Translations under genes and position numbers: made by a program
Notes under the pieces: generated by a model
The model's database searches: none
Seen by the model: the letters and a program-made list of their open reading frames with translations, nothing else
Told to the model about the DNA's origin: nothing
Source of the DNA: an uncultured Bacteroidia bacterium
GTDB taxonomy: Bacteria; Bacteroidota; Bacteroidia; JANWVE01
Length of the DNA stretch: 62,115 bases
NCBI GenBank assembly: GCA_938028625.1
Contig: CALIZB010000035.1
Coordinates: forward strand, 1 to 62,115
Reading direction: 5' to 3'
Shown: positions 8,395 through 18,207 of the stretch, in pieces
Position numbering within the stretch: the stretch's first letter is position 1
How the letters are laid out: every line of letters begins with the position of its first letter

Positions 8395-11013
8395 ATGAAA
8401 CATATATTTTTACTTTCAGTACTTTTTATACTTTCTTCGCAAGTACAAGCAGAAATCTCTACTCATTTTTTCATAGAAAATAAAGGTCAGTGGGATAAAG
8501 AAGTACTATATTTATGCCGCATAAACGGGCTAAATGCTTGGATTAATAAATCAGGAGTTACATACGATTTTCACAAGTGGAAAAAGCTCAACCGTTTTGA
8601 TGTGCAGTTTATAGATAATAAAAATGACCATTATATCCAATACGGGCATATTATCAAAGTAAATCATGTAAATGCCAATGCAAATCCCTGTTCTGAAACA
8701 AAACAAAAAAATGATGCTTACTACAACTATCTTGTTGGGAATAATCCTGAAAAATGGGCAAGTTATGTTGGTCTATATCAAGAAATTATTGTCAAAAATA
8801 TTTACGAAGGTATAGACCAAAGATGGTATTTTGATGAAGGCAATTTGCGTTATGACTATATTGTATCACCTCTTGCGGATTATAAGAAGATACAACTTTC
8901 TGTACAAGGTTCAGATAAATGCCAAATTAAAGAAAATGATTTAGTATTTAACACCATTTTTGGAGAAGTCCGCCAGTGTAAATTATTTGTCTATCAAAAT
9001 ATTGATGGTGTTAAAAAAGCAGTTCAAGCTAAATGGATACAAAAAAATGAGCATTTTAGCTTTGAGTTAGGTAACTATGACTCTCGCTATCCTTTGATTA
9101 TTGACCCCTTAATTTGGAGTACATACATAGGCGGCACGGCTGATGACCACCCGTGTGATGTTACTCGTGATATTTTTAATAATGTATATATAACAGGTTA
9201 TACTGCATCTGCTTCTTATCCTACTACGGCAGGAGTGTATGATAATACTCATAATGGAGGAGGTTCATACCCGCATGATGTTTTTGTAAGCAAATTAAAT
9301 TCAACGGGAACAACATTATTATACAGTACTTTTATTGGTGGAAGTCAGGGAGAAGTAGCCGAGAAAATAGTAGTGAATAATGCCGGTAATGTATATCTTA
9401 CAGGGGGTACTACATCCTCTGACTTTCCTGTAACCGCGGGCGCGTATGACACTACCTACAACGGTGATGGATTTGCAAGCTGGATATGGGGTGATGTGTT
9501 TATTTTACAACTCAATGCCACAGGTTCTGCTTTGGTATTTTCTACTTTTGTAGGTGGTGATATGGATGACGTAGGCAGAGCTTTATATGTAGATGCTAAC
9601 GGAGATATATATTGTGCAGGTGCGGCAAGGTCTAATTTTCCTGTTACCGCAGGGGCTTTTGATACTGTTTATAGTTTTGGACCTTATGACGGTTTTATAT
9701 TAAAAATGAACGCCACAGCTACCGCACTTATTTACTGTACCTATTACGGCGGTTCAGGTAATGATACAGCTAATGGCATCACCGTAGATGATTCAGGCAA
9801 TGCGTATGTAACAGGAAATACTCATTCCACAGATTTTCCTACCACAGCAGGTGCTTTTGATACTTCTTTTAATGGAGTTTATGATGGATATGTGCTTAAA
9901 ATAAACCCAACAGGAACGGCATTAGTATACTCTACATTCATAGGAGGACCTAATGAGGATAGGCATCTTGGAATTGTGTTAAAAGGTAATTATAACATTG
10001 TTATCGCAGGATTTAGTAACTCTGCTAGTTACCCAACCACAGCAGGCGCTTATGATACTTCTCATAACGGGGATTATGATGTAGTGCTTACAGAAATTGA
10101 TGCCATAGGTAGTAGTTTAGTATATTCTACATACATGGGAGGATTTGGTCCCGATATGGGGTTATGTATAACACAAAGTTTTTCAGGATTTATTTATGTA
10201 TCAGGGTACGCTAATGCAGGTTTTCCAACCACAGCAGGTGCTTATGATACTTCACACAACGGCGACGAAGATGTATTTATTGCCATATTTAACCCTTCTT
10301 TGAGTAGTTTATTATATTGTACCTATATCGGGGGAATTAGCTATGACCGTGCCACAGGAATAATTACTGATAATGCAGGTTATCCCATTGTTACAGGTAG
10401 AACATATTCCCTAGATTATCCTACTACGGTAGGGACTTATGATGTTACCCATAATGGCGCGATGGACGGCTTTGTAACTAAACTTGACCCTTCTATACCT
10501 TTACCCATAATTTCTTTTACTTTGTCTGCAACGTTTGAGCAGAATAATACTGTTCAGTTACAATGGCAATATGCAGGAGCAGAGAAAGCACATCAATACA
10601 GCATAGAATACTGTACCTCTGAACAGCCCACATGGCAGTACCTGACAAATACCCATGAGTCACAATATACAGATGAAATAGCTGTACAACAAACCATTCA
10701 ACAAGGTAAAAACAGTTTGCTCTACAAAGTTAAAGCACTGAATAAAGACGGAGTAACCCTTGTAGAGCAAGTTCAGGAAGTACAGTTATTCAACCATTCA
10801 ACTCTTATACTCTATCCAACCCTGAATAATGGCAGTTTTACCATTCAAAGTTCCTTAAATACAGAAGTAATTATCATAGATATGCAAGGTAAAATTGTTT
10901 TTAGTACTCATATTCAGTCAGGTAAAAATGAACTGCAAATTCCTCTTTCCAAAGGTGTATACTACCTGAAAGCAAGAGATATTCCTGCTGTACAAAAACT
11001 TACAGTATGGTAG
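8395..11013 (+). CDS. T9SS-secreted SBBP beta-propeller repeat protein
   Basis: Signal peptide from ATG 8395, FIENKGQW N-terminal domain, PLIIDP, repeated (F/Y)P(T/V)TAGA(Y/F)DT units, and a T9SS CTD (YP...DMQGK...KGVYYL). Confidence 0.88.
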   Translation: MKHIFLLSVLFILSSQVQAEISTHFFIENKGQWDKEVLYLCRINGLNAWINKSGVTYDFHKWKKLNRFDVQFIDNKNDHYIQYGHIIKVNHVNANANPCSETKQKNDAYYNYLVGNNPEKWASYVGLYQEIIVKNIYEGIDQRWYFDEGNLRYDYIVSPLADYKKIQLSVQGSDKCQIKENDLVFNTIFGEVRQCKLFVYQNIDGVKKAVQAKWIQKNEHFSFELGNYDSRYPLIIDPLIWSTYIGGTADDHPCDVTRDIFNNVYITGYTASASYPTTAGVYDNTHNGGGSYPHDVFVSKLNSTGTTLLYSTFIGGSQGEVAEKIVVNNAGNVYLTGGTTSSDFPVTAGAYDTTYNGDGFASWIWGDVFILQLNATGSALVFSTFVGGDMDDVGRALYVDANGDIYCAGAARSNFPVTAGAFDTVYSFGPYDGFILKMNATATALIYCTYYGGSGNDTANGITVDDSGNAYVTGNTHSTDFPTTAGAFDTSFNGVYDGYVLKINPTGTALVYSTFIGGPNEDRHLGIVLKGNYNIVIAGFSNSASYPTTAGAYDTSHNGDYDVVLTEIDAIGSSLVYSTYMGGFGPDMGLCITQSFSGFIYVSGYANAGFPTTAGAYDTSHNGDEDVFIAIFNPSLSSLLYCTYIGGISYDRATGIITDNAGYPIVTGRTYSLDYPTTVGTYDVTHNGAMDGFVTKLDPSIPLPIISFTLSATFEQNNTVQLQWQYAGAEKAHQYSIEYCTSEQPTWQYLTNTHESQYTDEIAVQQTIQQGKNSLLYKVKALNKDGVTLVEQVQEVQLFNHSTLILYPTLNNGSFTIQSSLNTEVIIIDMQGKIVFSTHIQSGKNELQIPLSKGVYYLKARDIPAVQKLTVW

Positions 11014-11060
11014 ATGCAAGTTGTGAGGGGGGTATCACAAATTTTGAGTAACTTTAAACA

Positions 11061-13874
11061 ATGAAGAGCAAAAACAAAAGCGCGCTCATGGTATTTTTTA
11101 TGTTAATTCTTTTTTTTGCACAGGCACAAATCCCCCTTACTGTGCCTTTACACCATTTTACACAAATAAAAAACTCTCAAATCTATGATATTGCAGAATT
11201 TGACAAAGAAATATACATAGCTACCAGCAGAGGACTTTTCAAATATAATGGACAAGAATTATATGCCTTTTCATTAGAAAATGGACTGAAAGATGACGAG
11301 CTTTTTAATTTTCAGGTGTATAATAATAAGTTATGGTTTAATTCTATTACAGGCAGATTATACTATCTGTCTATGCAAACAAATGATGTAAAAGAATTTA
11401 CACCCTTTTTACAGGACTATATCAAAACATTTTTTTGGTACAAAGAAACACTATACTATACAAATAACAAAAGCGAACTATGTGTATGGAAGTCTGAATA
11501 CAGAACAAAGAAGGTTATACAAAGTATTTTTAATGTATTAGACTACAAAGTAAAAGAAAACGATTTATATTTATTGCATGCAGATTTTGAGTATTCTATA
11601 CTCTCAACAGATACACATACTTTCAAAAAAAATACTATAAAAAATACTGTTGGAATGGGATATACTATTCCTATTCGTAACCGAAACATGAGTGTACAAA
11701 ATAATATCTACACTTTTTTTAGACAAAAACTTGCACAGATACATATTCATAACCAAACTTTACAAGAAATACCTATACAAGATGTAGGTACTCTATATAG
11801 CATATATCCTACGGAAAACTCTATTTTGATAGGCACTCAAAACGGATTATATCAGTATAAAAATCAAAAAACAGAGTGTATTATCTCTAACTTGTTTGTA
11901 ACTAATATCATTAAAGATAGTGAAGATACTTTTTGGATAACTACCTTTAACGGTGAAATATACATCATACCTGATATTGAAATTCAAACTATTTTTTATT
12001 CTGATAAAAATGTTGCTTCTAACATGAGAAAAGTTCATGTTTTTGATAACCAGGTTATCTGTGGTACAAATACAGGTGAGATACTCATCAATCATCAAGT
12101 GCTAAATTCTGTCAAAAAAAATTATGAAGCAGGCAAACTTAATAGAATATTGGGTATTAACTCAAATCAAAGTAAAGTATATATAACCAGAGATGACGGC
12201 TTTTTTATCTATGACCTAAATAAAAAAACGACTGAGTACATTGGCACTAAATATACTATAAAAAAATTATTACTTACAGATACTACGTATTACATAATAG
12301 GTGCATATTACTCTATTGCCTTAATGGACAAAAAAACCAAACAAACTATCAAACAATATAACTGTTCAAGAGTAGCAGATTTAATTATGTTTAATCATAA
12401 ACCTTTCTTATGCACTTACGATAAAGTTTATTTTATAGAAAAAGATAGTCTAAATGAAGTCCTGAACAATCAGTATAAAGAAAATAAAATACGTTTTGCT
12501 TATTATGATACGCTTCATAGGCGTCTTTACATAGCTCACCAAAAGGGAATACATATCTATAATACTCAACTACAATTACTTAAAAATATACATTTAGACC
12601 CAAACTATATTATCAATAAAATACAAGTTCATAAAGAACAGGTTTATATTGCTTCTCAATTAGGGTTATTTGTAATGGACATCTATGCAGATAATCTTTT
12701 ACCTATTCAGAACCTACATAATTTGAGTATATATGATATTTTTATCCATCAAGACACTTTACATTTTGTTTCTCATGCGGGATATGGAAATATTCCGGTA
12801 AAAAAACTTAATTATACACTACCTAATTTCTCCGTAGAGTATAAATATAAAGAGAAGTATTTAACTAATCGTAACGAAATGATACAGTTACGGTATCCTG
12901 ATAATATATTAGAACTCATTGTAATACCTAAAACGATAAAGTTCAGATATACTACAAATTTTACCTATCAAATTACTGGAAACTCAAACGAAGAGCATAC
13001 AAAATATAATCTATTAGCTATCCCATTTATACAAAGCGGAGTATATCATTTAAATATAAAAACGAACATAGAAAAAAACAACGTACATCAAGATACATTC
13101 AAAGTAAAATATACCTTACCTATATGGAAAGATAGAAATTTTAAGATATTTATTTCAGTAATTATTGCGATTATAGGTCTTTTAGCCTATATGAACCACC
13201 TTATCCAAAAAGAAAAACAAAAGTCTTATTACAAAAAACAAGAGATTGAAAACTTAAAACTTCAATTACAAGCGGTTCAATCTCGTTTGAATCCGCATTT
13301 TATATTTAATGGACTACAATCTTTACAGTACCTTGTAGTAAGCAAACAGAATGATTTAACAAGGGCATATCTTAATGATTTTGCCGCATTAACTCGTAAG
13401 TTTCTCAATTATTCTCAAAAAGAGTTTTGTACTATTGAAGAAGAAATTGCTATTCTCAAACATTACCTTAATTTAGAAAATATAGCTCATGATAATAAAG
13501 TAAAATATACCCTTAATACGCAGATAGAAGATGAAATTATTCTTACTCAGCCTATTATTCCATCTTTAATTTTGCAACCTTTGGTAGAAAATATATTCAA
13601 ACACGCTTTTACAGAGGATTATCTTAATCCTTGTATAGAAATTCGTTTTATAGAAAACATACAGCAAAATAATTTAATCATAGAAATAGAAGATAACGGT
13701 GTGGGTATAAGTAGCGAAATTCTTTCGCACTCCAAAGGACTTTTATTGATACAAGAAAGGTTAAAAATTATCAATCAAACGTATAAAACTAAACATACTA
13801 TTGATATTAAAAATGCAGAAAAATACCCAACAGGAACATTATGTCGTCTAATCCTTCAATTTAATCCGATATGA
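11061..13874 (+). CDS. LytS/YehU-type sensor histidine kinase with a large periplasmic beta-propeller sensor
   Basis: H-box LNPHFIFNGL, LQPLVENIFKH and IEDNGVG. Single TM before the kinase domain. Confidence 0.9.
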   Translation: MKSKNKSALMVFFMLILFFAQAQIPLTVPLHHFTQIKNSQIYDIAEFDKEIYIATSRGLFKYNGQELYAFSLENGLKDDELFNFQVYNNKLWFNSITGRLYYLSMQTNDVKEFTPFLQDYIKTFFWYKETLYYTNNKSELCVWKSEYRTKKVIQSIFNVLDYKVKENDLYLLHADFEYSILSTDTHTFKKNTIKNTVGMGYTIPIRNRNMSVQNNIYTFFRQKLAQIHIHNQTLQEIPIQDVGTLYSIYPTENSILIGTQNGLYQYKNQKTECIISNLFVTNIIKDSEDTFWITTFNGEIYIIPDIEIQTIFYSDKNVASNMRKVHVFDNQVICGTNTGEILINHQVLNSVKKNYEAGKLNRILGINSNQSKVYITRDDGFFIYDLNKKTTEYIGTKYTIKKLLLTDTTYYIIGAYYSIALMDKKTKQTIKQYNCSRVADLIMFNHKPFLCTYDKVYFIEKDSLNEVLNNQYKENKIRFAYYDTLHRRLYIAHQKGIHIYNTQLQLLKNIHLDPNYIINKIQVHKEQVYIASQLGLFVMDIYADNLLPIQNLHNLSIYDIFIHQDTLHFVSHAGYGNIPVKKLNYTLPNFSVEYKYKEKYLTNRNEMIQLRYPDNILELIVIPKTIKFRYTTNFTYQITGNSNEEHTKYNLLAIPFIQSGVYHLNIKTNIEKNNVHQDTFKVKYTLPIWKDRNFKIFISVIIAIIGLLAYMNHLIQKEKQKSYYKKQEIENLKLQLQAVQSRLNPHFIFNGLQSLQYLVVSKQNDLTRAYLNDFAALTRKFLNYSQKEFCTIEEEIAILKHYLNLENIAHDNKVKYTLNTQIEDEIILTQPIIPSLILQPLVENIFKHAFTEDYLNPCIEIRFIENIQQNNLIIEIEDNGVGISSEILSHSKGLLLIQERLKIINQTYKTKHTIDIKNAEKYPTGTLCRLILQFNPI

Positions 13875-14620
13875 AAAAAGAAATTGTAGTACTTATACTA
13901 GAAGATGAACAACTTAGTCGTAAGCATATTCTGTATGAATTACAAGCTATGTCAGAATATAATTTTACTATCTATGAAGCCTCAGATATTCTTACAGCTA
14001 AAAGTTTGCTTATCAAGCATAGACCTGAACTTTTATTGTTAGATATTCAGATAAAGTCTAATATTTCTTTTGAACTTTTAGAGGATTTGCCTTTTTCTGA
14101 TTTTCAGGTTATTTTTATTACAGCTTATGACTATTATGCCCTTAAAGCTATTAAATTTTCAGCTATAGACTATATCTTAAAACCTGTACAAAGTCAAGAG
14201 TTTCAACAAGCCATTAGGCACGCTGTGGAGGAGATGGAAAAAAATAATTTCTATAATAAACTCAAAATGGAACACTTTAAAGATACTTTTGATAAACAAG
14301 AAGAAAGTATTATTATTCACTCTTCAAAAGGTACTTTTAAGGCATATTATCACGAAATTTTATACTTACAATCGGATAGTAATTATACCCATATCTATTT
14401 TGTAAATAGACAACCTGTTTTAGTAGCCAAAACCTTAAAGTTTTATGCAGAACTATTAAAGGAAAATTTTATTCGGACACATCAATCATATCTAGTTAAT
14501 AAAACACATATAGAAAAAATTATCAGTAATAAGCAAAAATGCGTAGTTCGTATAATTAACGGCGTAGAAATTCCTATATCTAGCCGTATGCGGCATATCA
14601 TCAATAATTTATTAGTTTGA
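13871..14620 (+). CDS. LytTR-family response regulator
   Basis: Receiver domain (LLLDI, FITAY, DYILKP) plus LytTR domain (SDSNYT, FIRTHQSYLVN). 4-nt overlap with the kinase. Confidence 0.93.
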   Translation: MKKEIVVLILEDEQLSRKHILYELQAMSEYNFTIYEASDILTAKSLLIKHRPELLLLDIQIKSNISFELLEDLPFSDFQVIFITAYDYYALKAIKFSAIDYILKPVQSQEFQQAIRHAVEEMEKNNFYNKLKMEHFKDTFDKQEESIIIHSSKGTFKAYYHEILYLQSDSNYTHIYFVNRQPVLVAKTLKFYAELLKENFIRTHQSYLVNKTHIEKIISNKQKCVVRIINGVEIPISSRMRHIINNLLV

Positions 14621-14624
14621 ATAT

Positions 14625-14648
14625 AAAAAAGAGGGCATTTAGCCCTCT
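14625..14648 (-). terminator. Intrinsic terminator between convergent genes
   Basis: AGAGGGC-ATTTA-GCCCTCT hairpin flanked by an A-run, giving a U-tract on the minus strand. Confidence 0.7.
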
Positions 14649-14676
14649 AAGTCAACCTTTTACTTGAATGAAAAAG

Positions 14677-15594
14677 TTACATCTTTTCTATTTTTTGCAA
14701 GCAAACCTTATTACTATGAGTATTTTGTAATCTTAAAATGTACATACCTTTGGGCAGTTCTGAGAAGTTAATGGTAATTATACCACCGCTGACGCTTACA
14801 TTAGATTGAACTACATGTTTGCCTGTCATGTCGGAAATAGTCATATTATAGTTACCAGATTCTGTTTCTATGCTTATGTAGTCAATTGTAGGATTAGGAT
14901 ATACTTTGAGCGGTTCTTGTTCAAAAGAAGCATTAGATATACTCATAGGCGTCATGATGGTAAATACAGCATTACTGGTGTCTCCGATTGGGGGATACAT
15001 AAAATGACGGACTTGCACTAAACATTGTGTAGACGCACTACCACCAATAACCCAACTATAACTACCACCACCTACTCCATTTGGAACGTTAGTCTGAATG
15101 ATATTCCATGAACCTCCATTATCTCTTGACTCACCAACGTTCACAGCCGTGACTGGACCTGTTGTATTCCAAGTAATGTTGTATGTGCCGCCAATGTTCC
15201 AATTCTCTCCGCCATTAGGTGAAGTAACTGTAATGGTTGGAGGTTGAATAGTGAATGACGCATCACTCACATCTTCTATGGGTGCCATGCTATTAACTAC
15301 CTTAATAAAACACTTGTTAGAATTAGCGTAAGGTACTGTGATAGTGTGGCTTCCTCCCATACTACTCGAAGGAATTCCTGAGGCTATGGTTGTCCAAGTT
15401 ACCATGTTATCTATGGATAGTAAGATATTCACTGTAGGGGGCATACCTGTAAACGTCCACGTTACGGTTTGTGATGTAAATGAATACCAATTTTCTCCGC
15501 CATTAGGAGAAACTACGTTGATACTTTGGGCACGTAAAGAATTTGCACCCAATACAAGAACAAGCAGAATTGATAATAATGAAAACTGTTTCAT
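14677..15594 (-). CDS. T9SS-secreted protein with two Ser/Thr-rich Ig-like (SPNGGE) repeats
   Basis: Signal peptide, two V(V/T)SPNGGENW repeats, and CTD VYPNP...DMTGK...LPKGMYIL. Confidence 0.85.
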   Translation of the reverse strand: MKQFSLLSILLVLVLGANSLRAQSINVVSPNGGENWYSFTSQTVTWTFTGMPPTVNILLSIDNMVTWTTIASGIPSSSMGGSHTITVPYANSNKCFIKVVNSMAPIEDVSDASFTIQPPTITVTSPNGGENWNIGGTYNITWNTTGPVTAVNVGESRDNGGSWNIIQTNVPNGVGGGSYSWVIGGSASTQCLVQVRHFMYPPIGDTSNAVFTIMTPMSISNASFEQEPLKVYPNPTIDYISIETESGNYNMTISDMTGKHVVQSNVSVSGGIITINFSELPKGMYILRLQNTHSNKVCLQKIEKM

Positions 15595-15872
15595 AAGTGC
15601 TTACTTAAACGGCAATTCTTATTCCTTGTATCCGAAAAACACCCTGACTTTATTAGACGTCCCAACGTATTGAGAATTTGAGATAATGGTACTTTAAAGA
15701 TTATTTTTGCAACAATTCCGATAGGATAATTCTCAATTTAATATACTGACAATAAACGCTTTACAAAAAAAAGCCCAGACTTAACACAAAAAATTTGGCA
15801 ACTATACACATTTTCATTTATAACTTTGAACTACCAAAGTGGGTTAACACTCCAAAAATGTGTGAATAAAGT

Positions 15873-18197
15873 ATGACAAAAACCTTAGTGATTGTGGAGT
15901 CTCCTGCCAAAGCCAAGTCTATCAACAAGTACCTTGGAAGTAATTATATTGTAAAAGCCTCCGTAGGACATGTAAAAGACTTACCTAAAAATGAACAGGC
16001 TATTGATAAAACCAACGGATTTAAGTTAAATTACGAGATTATCAAGGGGAAGAAGAAAGTGATTGATGAGCTAAAAAAAGCCGCAGGAGAAGTTGATACG
16101 GTATTGCTTGCCACAGACCCTGACCGTGAAGGTGAAGCTATTGCATGGCATATTGCTAATGAGGTTCAGCGAAAAAATAAAAACATATATCGTGTGGTAT
16201 TTAATGAAATTACTAAAAATGCCGTTTTACAGGCAATACAAAACCCACACGCATTAGATATGCACTTGGTACGCGCACAAGAAGCACGCCGTGCATTGGA
16301 CAGATTAGTAGGTTTTGAAATCTCCCCCGTACTTTGGAAAAGTCTCCGTTATGGATTATCCGCAGGTAGAGTACAATCTATTGCATTAGAATGGATAGTA
16401 AACAGAGAATTGGAAATTCAAGCCTTTAAAAGTCAAGAATACTGGACATTAGAAGCTATATTTAGCACAAAAGAAAAAGAAACTTATACAGCACGTTTGT
16501 ACAGTGTATTGAATAAAGTTGTAGGTGATGATACCGAAGATAAAAAGAAACTGCGCATTACTGATGAAGCCATGATGCTTCGCTGTATTGCAGATATTCA
16601 GAAACACAGTTTTGTTATAGACAGTATTGTTACCAAACCGCGTAAGACCAATCCTTATCCGCCGTTTATTACGTCTACATTACAACAAGCCGCCGCAAAT
16701 ACTCTGAAATTTACGCCTAAACGCACTATGAGTATAGCCCAACAACTCTACGAAGGTTTAGATATTGGAGGAGAAACCACAGGTTTAATTACCTATATGC
16801 GTACTGATTCTACAAGGTTAAGTGATGAAGCTATTAACGCTATTAGAGGATATATTCAGCAAAAGTACGGGCAAAAATATCTTCCTGCACAAGCTAATAT
16901 ATACGGAAAAGCCAAAAAAGGCGCTAATATTCAAGATGCACACGAAGCTATACGCCCCACCAGTATGAAAAACGAACCTTCTGTGGTTAAACCCTATCTT
17001 ACTGATGAACAGTTCGCTTTGTATCAACTAATATGGAATAGAACCATTGCCTGCCAAATGGAAGCCGCAGTAGATGAAATTACTACCGTAGATACCGTAA
17101 GTACAGACGAGAAAAAAACGTACCTTTTCAGAACCACAGAAAGCAAACCTGTTTTTGATGGTTACAGAGCAGTATGGCAACACGGAGCTGATGTACAGAA
17201 TGAGGACGAAAACAATGAATGGAACAGCAAACTGCCCAAGAGTCTTAAAGTGAAAGATGTTGTAAAACCTGAAAAATTTAACAAACAACAGCATTTTACC
17301 AAGCCGCCTGCACGCTATAATCCGTCCTCATTGGTAAAAGCATTAGAGGATGCAGGTATCGGCAGACCTAGCACTTATGCCGCTATTATTGATGTGCTTC
17401 AAGAAAGAGAATACGTAGTCCTTAAAGATAAACGTTTTTACCCCACAGAATTAGGTATCAGTGTGAGTAAATTTTTACAGGAACGGTTTAATACTTTTCT
17501 CAATGAAGCCCTTACCCAAAAAATGGAAGCAGGGTTAGATGAAATTGCTCATGGTAAAGAAAAATACGAAAATTTTTTACAAAACTTTTATACACTTTTA
17601 GAACAAGCTGTTAAAGAAGCAGAACAAAATAAAGATAAAGCAGGTAAAGTACTTATTTATCTTAATGATAAGGACGGAAATCGTATTAAATGTGATAAAT
17701 GTGAAACAGGTTATTTAGTAGAAAGATGGAATAAAAGTGGGCGCTTCGCTTCATGTAGCAACTATCCTGAATGTAAAAATATCAAGAATATTAACGAGGA
17801 GGGCGAAATATTCGAACCTAAAAAGCAAGAAGCTATTCTTACAGAAGAAAAATGCCCACTTTGTGGTAAAAAAATGCTTCTTAAAGAAGGTAAATTTGGT
17901 AAATACTACGCTTGTATAGACTATCCTAAGATATGTAAAGGTACACGTCCTTATATAGACCCACAAGCAGAAACATATCCTTGTCCTAAATGTAAAATAG
18001 GTACTGTTTCTGAAAGAAAAGGTAGATTCGGAGTATTTTATCCATGTAACCGTTATCCTGACTGTGATTTTAGTATGAAATCTAAACCCATAGTACAAAA
18101 ATGCAAAAACTGCGATTGTACATTATTGGAAGAAAAAATATCTAAAAAATACGGCACACAATTGATTTGTCCTATGTGTAAAACCATACAGGATTAA
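15873..18197 (+). CDS. topA: DNA topoisomerase I (type IA) with four C-terminal C4 zinc ribbons
   Basis: LVIVESPAKA, ATDPDREGE, SAGRVQS, catalytic ITYMRTDS, GIGRPSTY, and CxxC...C..YPxC ribbons. Confidence 0.97.
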   Translation: MTKTLVIVESPAKAKSINKYLGSNYIVKASVGHVKDLPKNEQAIDKTNGFKLNYEIIKGKKKVIDELKKAAGEVDTVLLATDPDREGEAIAWHIANEVQRKNKNIYRVVFNEITKNAVLQAIQNPHALDMHLVRAQEARRALDRLVGFEISPVLWKSLRYGLSAGRVQSIALEWIVNRELEIQAFKSQEYWTLEAIFSTKEKETYTARLYSVLNKVVGDDTEDKKKLRITDEAMMLRCIADIQKHSFVIDSIVTKPRKTNPYPPFITSTLQQAAANTLKFTPKRTMSIAQQLYEGLDIGGETTGLITYMRTDSTRLSDEAINAIRGYIQQKYGQKYLPAQANIYGKAKKGANIQDAHEAIRPTSMKNEPSVVKPYLTDEQFALYQLIWNRTIACQMEAAVDEITTVDTVSTDEKKTYLFRTTESKPVFDGYRAVWQHGADVQNEDENNEWNSKLPKSLKVKDVVKPEKFNKQQHFTKPPARYNPSSLVKALEDAGIGRPSTYAAIIDVLQEREYVVLKDKRFYPTELGISVSKFLQERFNTFLNEALTQKMEAGLDEIAHGKEKYENFLQNFYTLLEQAVKEAEQNKDKAGKVLIYLNDKDGNRIKCDKCETGYLVERWNKSGRFASCSNYPECKNIKNINEEGEIFEPKKQEAILTEEKCPLCGKKMLLKEGKFGKYYACIDYPKICKGTRPYIDPQAETYPCPKCKIGTVSERKGRFGVFYPCNRYPDCDFSMKSKPIVQKCKNCDCTLLEEKISKKYGTQLICPMCKTIQD

Positions 18198-18207
18198 AAT
18201 ATATCAT

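Noticed and set aside
9200-10470. Recurring ACCACAGCAGG..C.T.TGATAC DNA repeats
   Set aside because: Explained by the protein-level SBBP propeller repeats (PTTAGAYDT).
15669-15737. 10-bp inverted repeat ATTGAGAATT / AATTCTCAAT upstream of topA
   Set aside because: AT-rich with a 49-nt spacer and no adjacent recombinase. Insufficient evidence for an invertible promoter or MITE.
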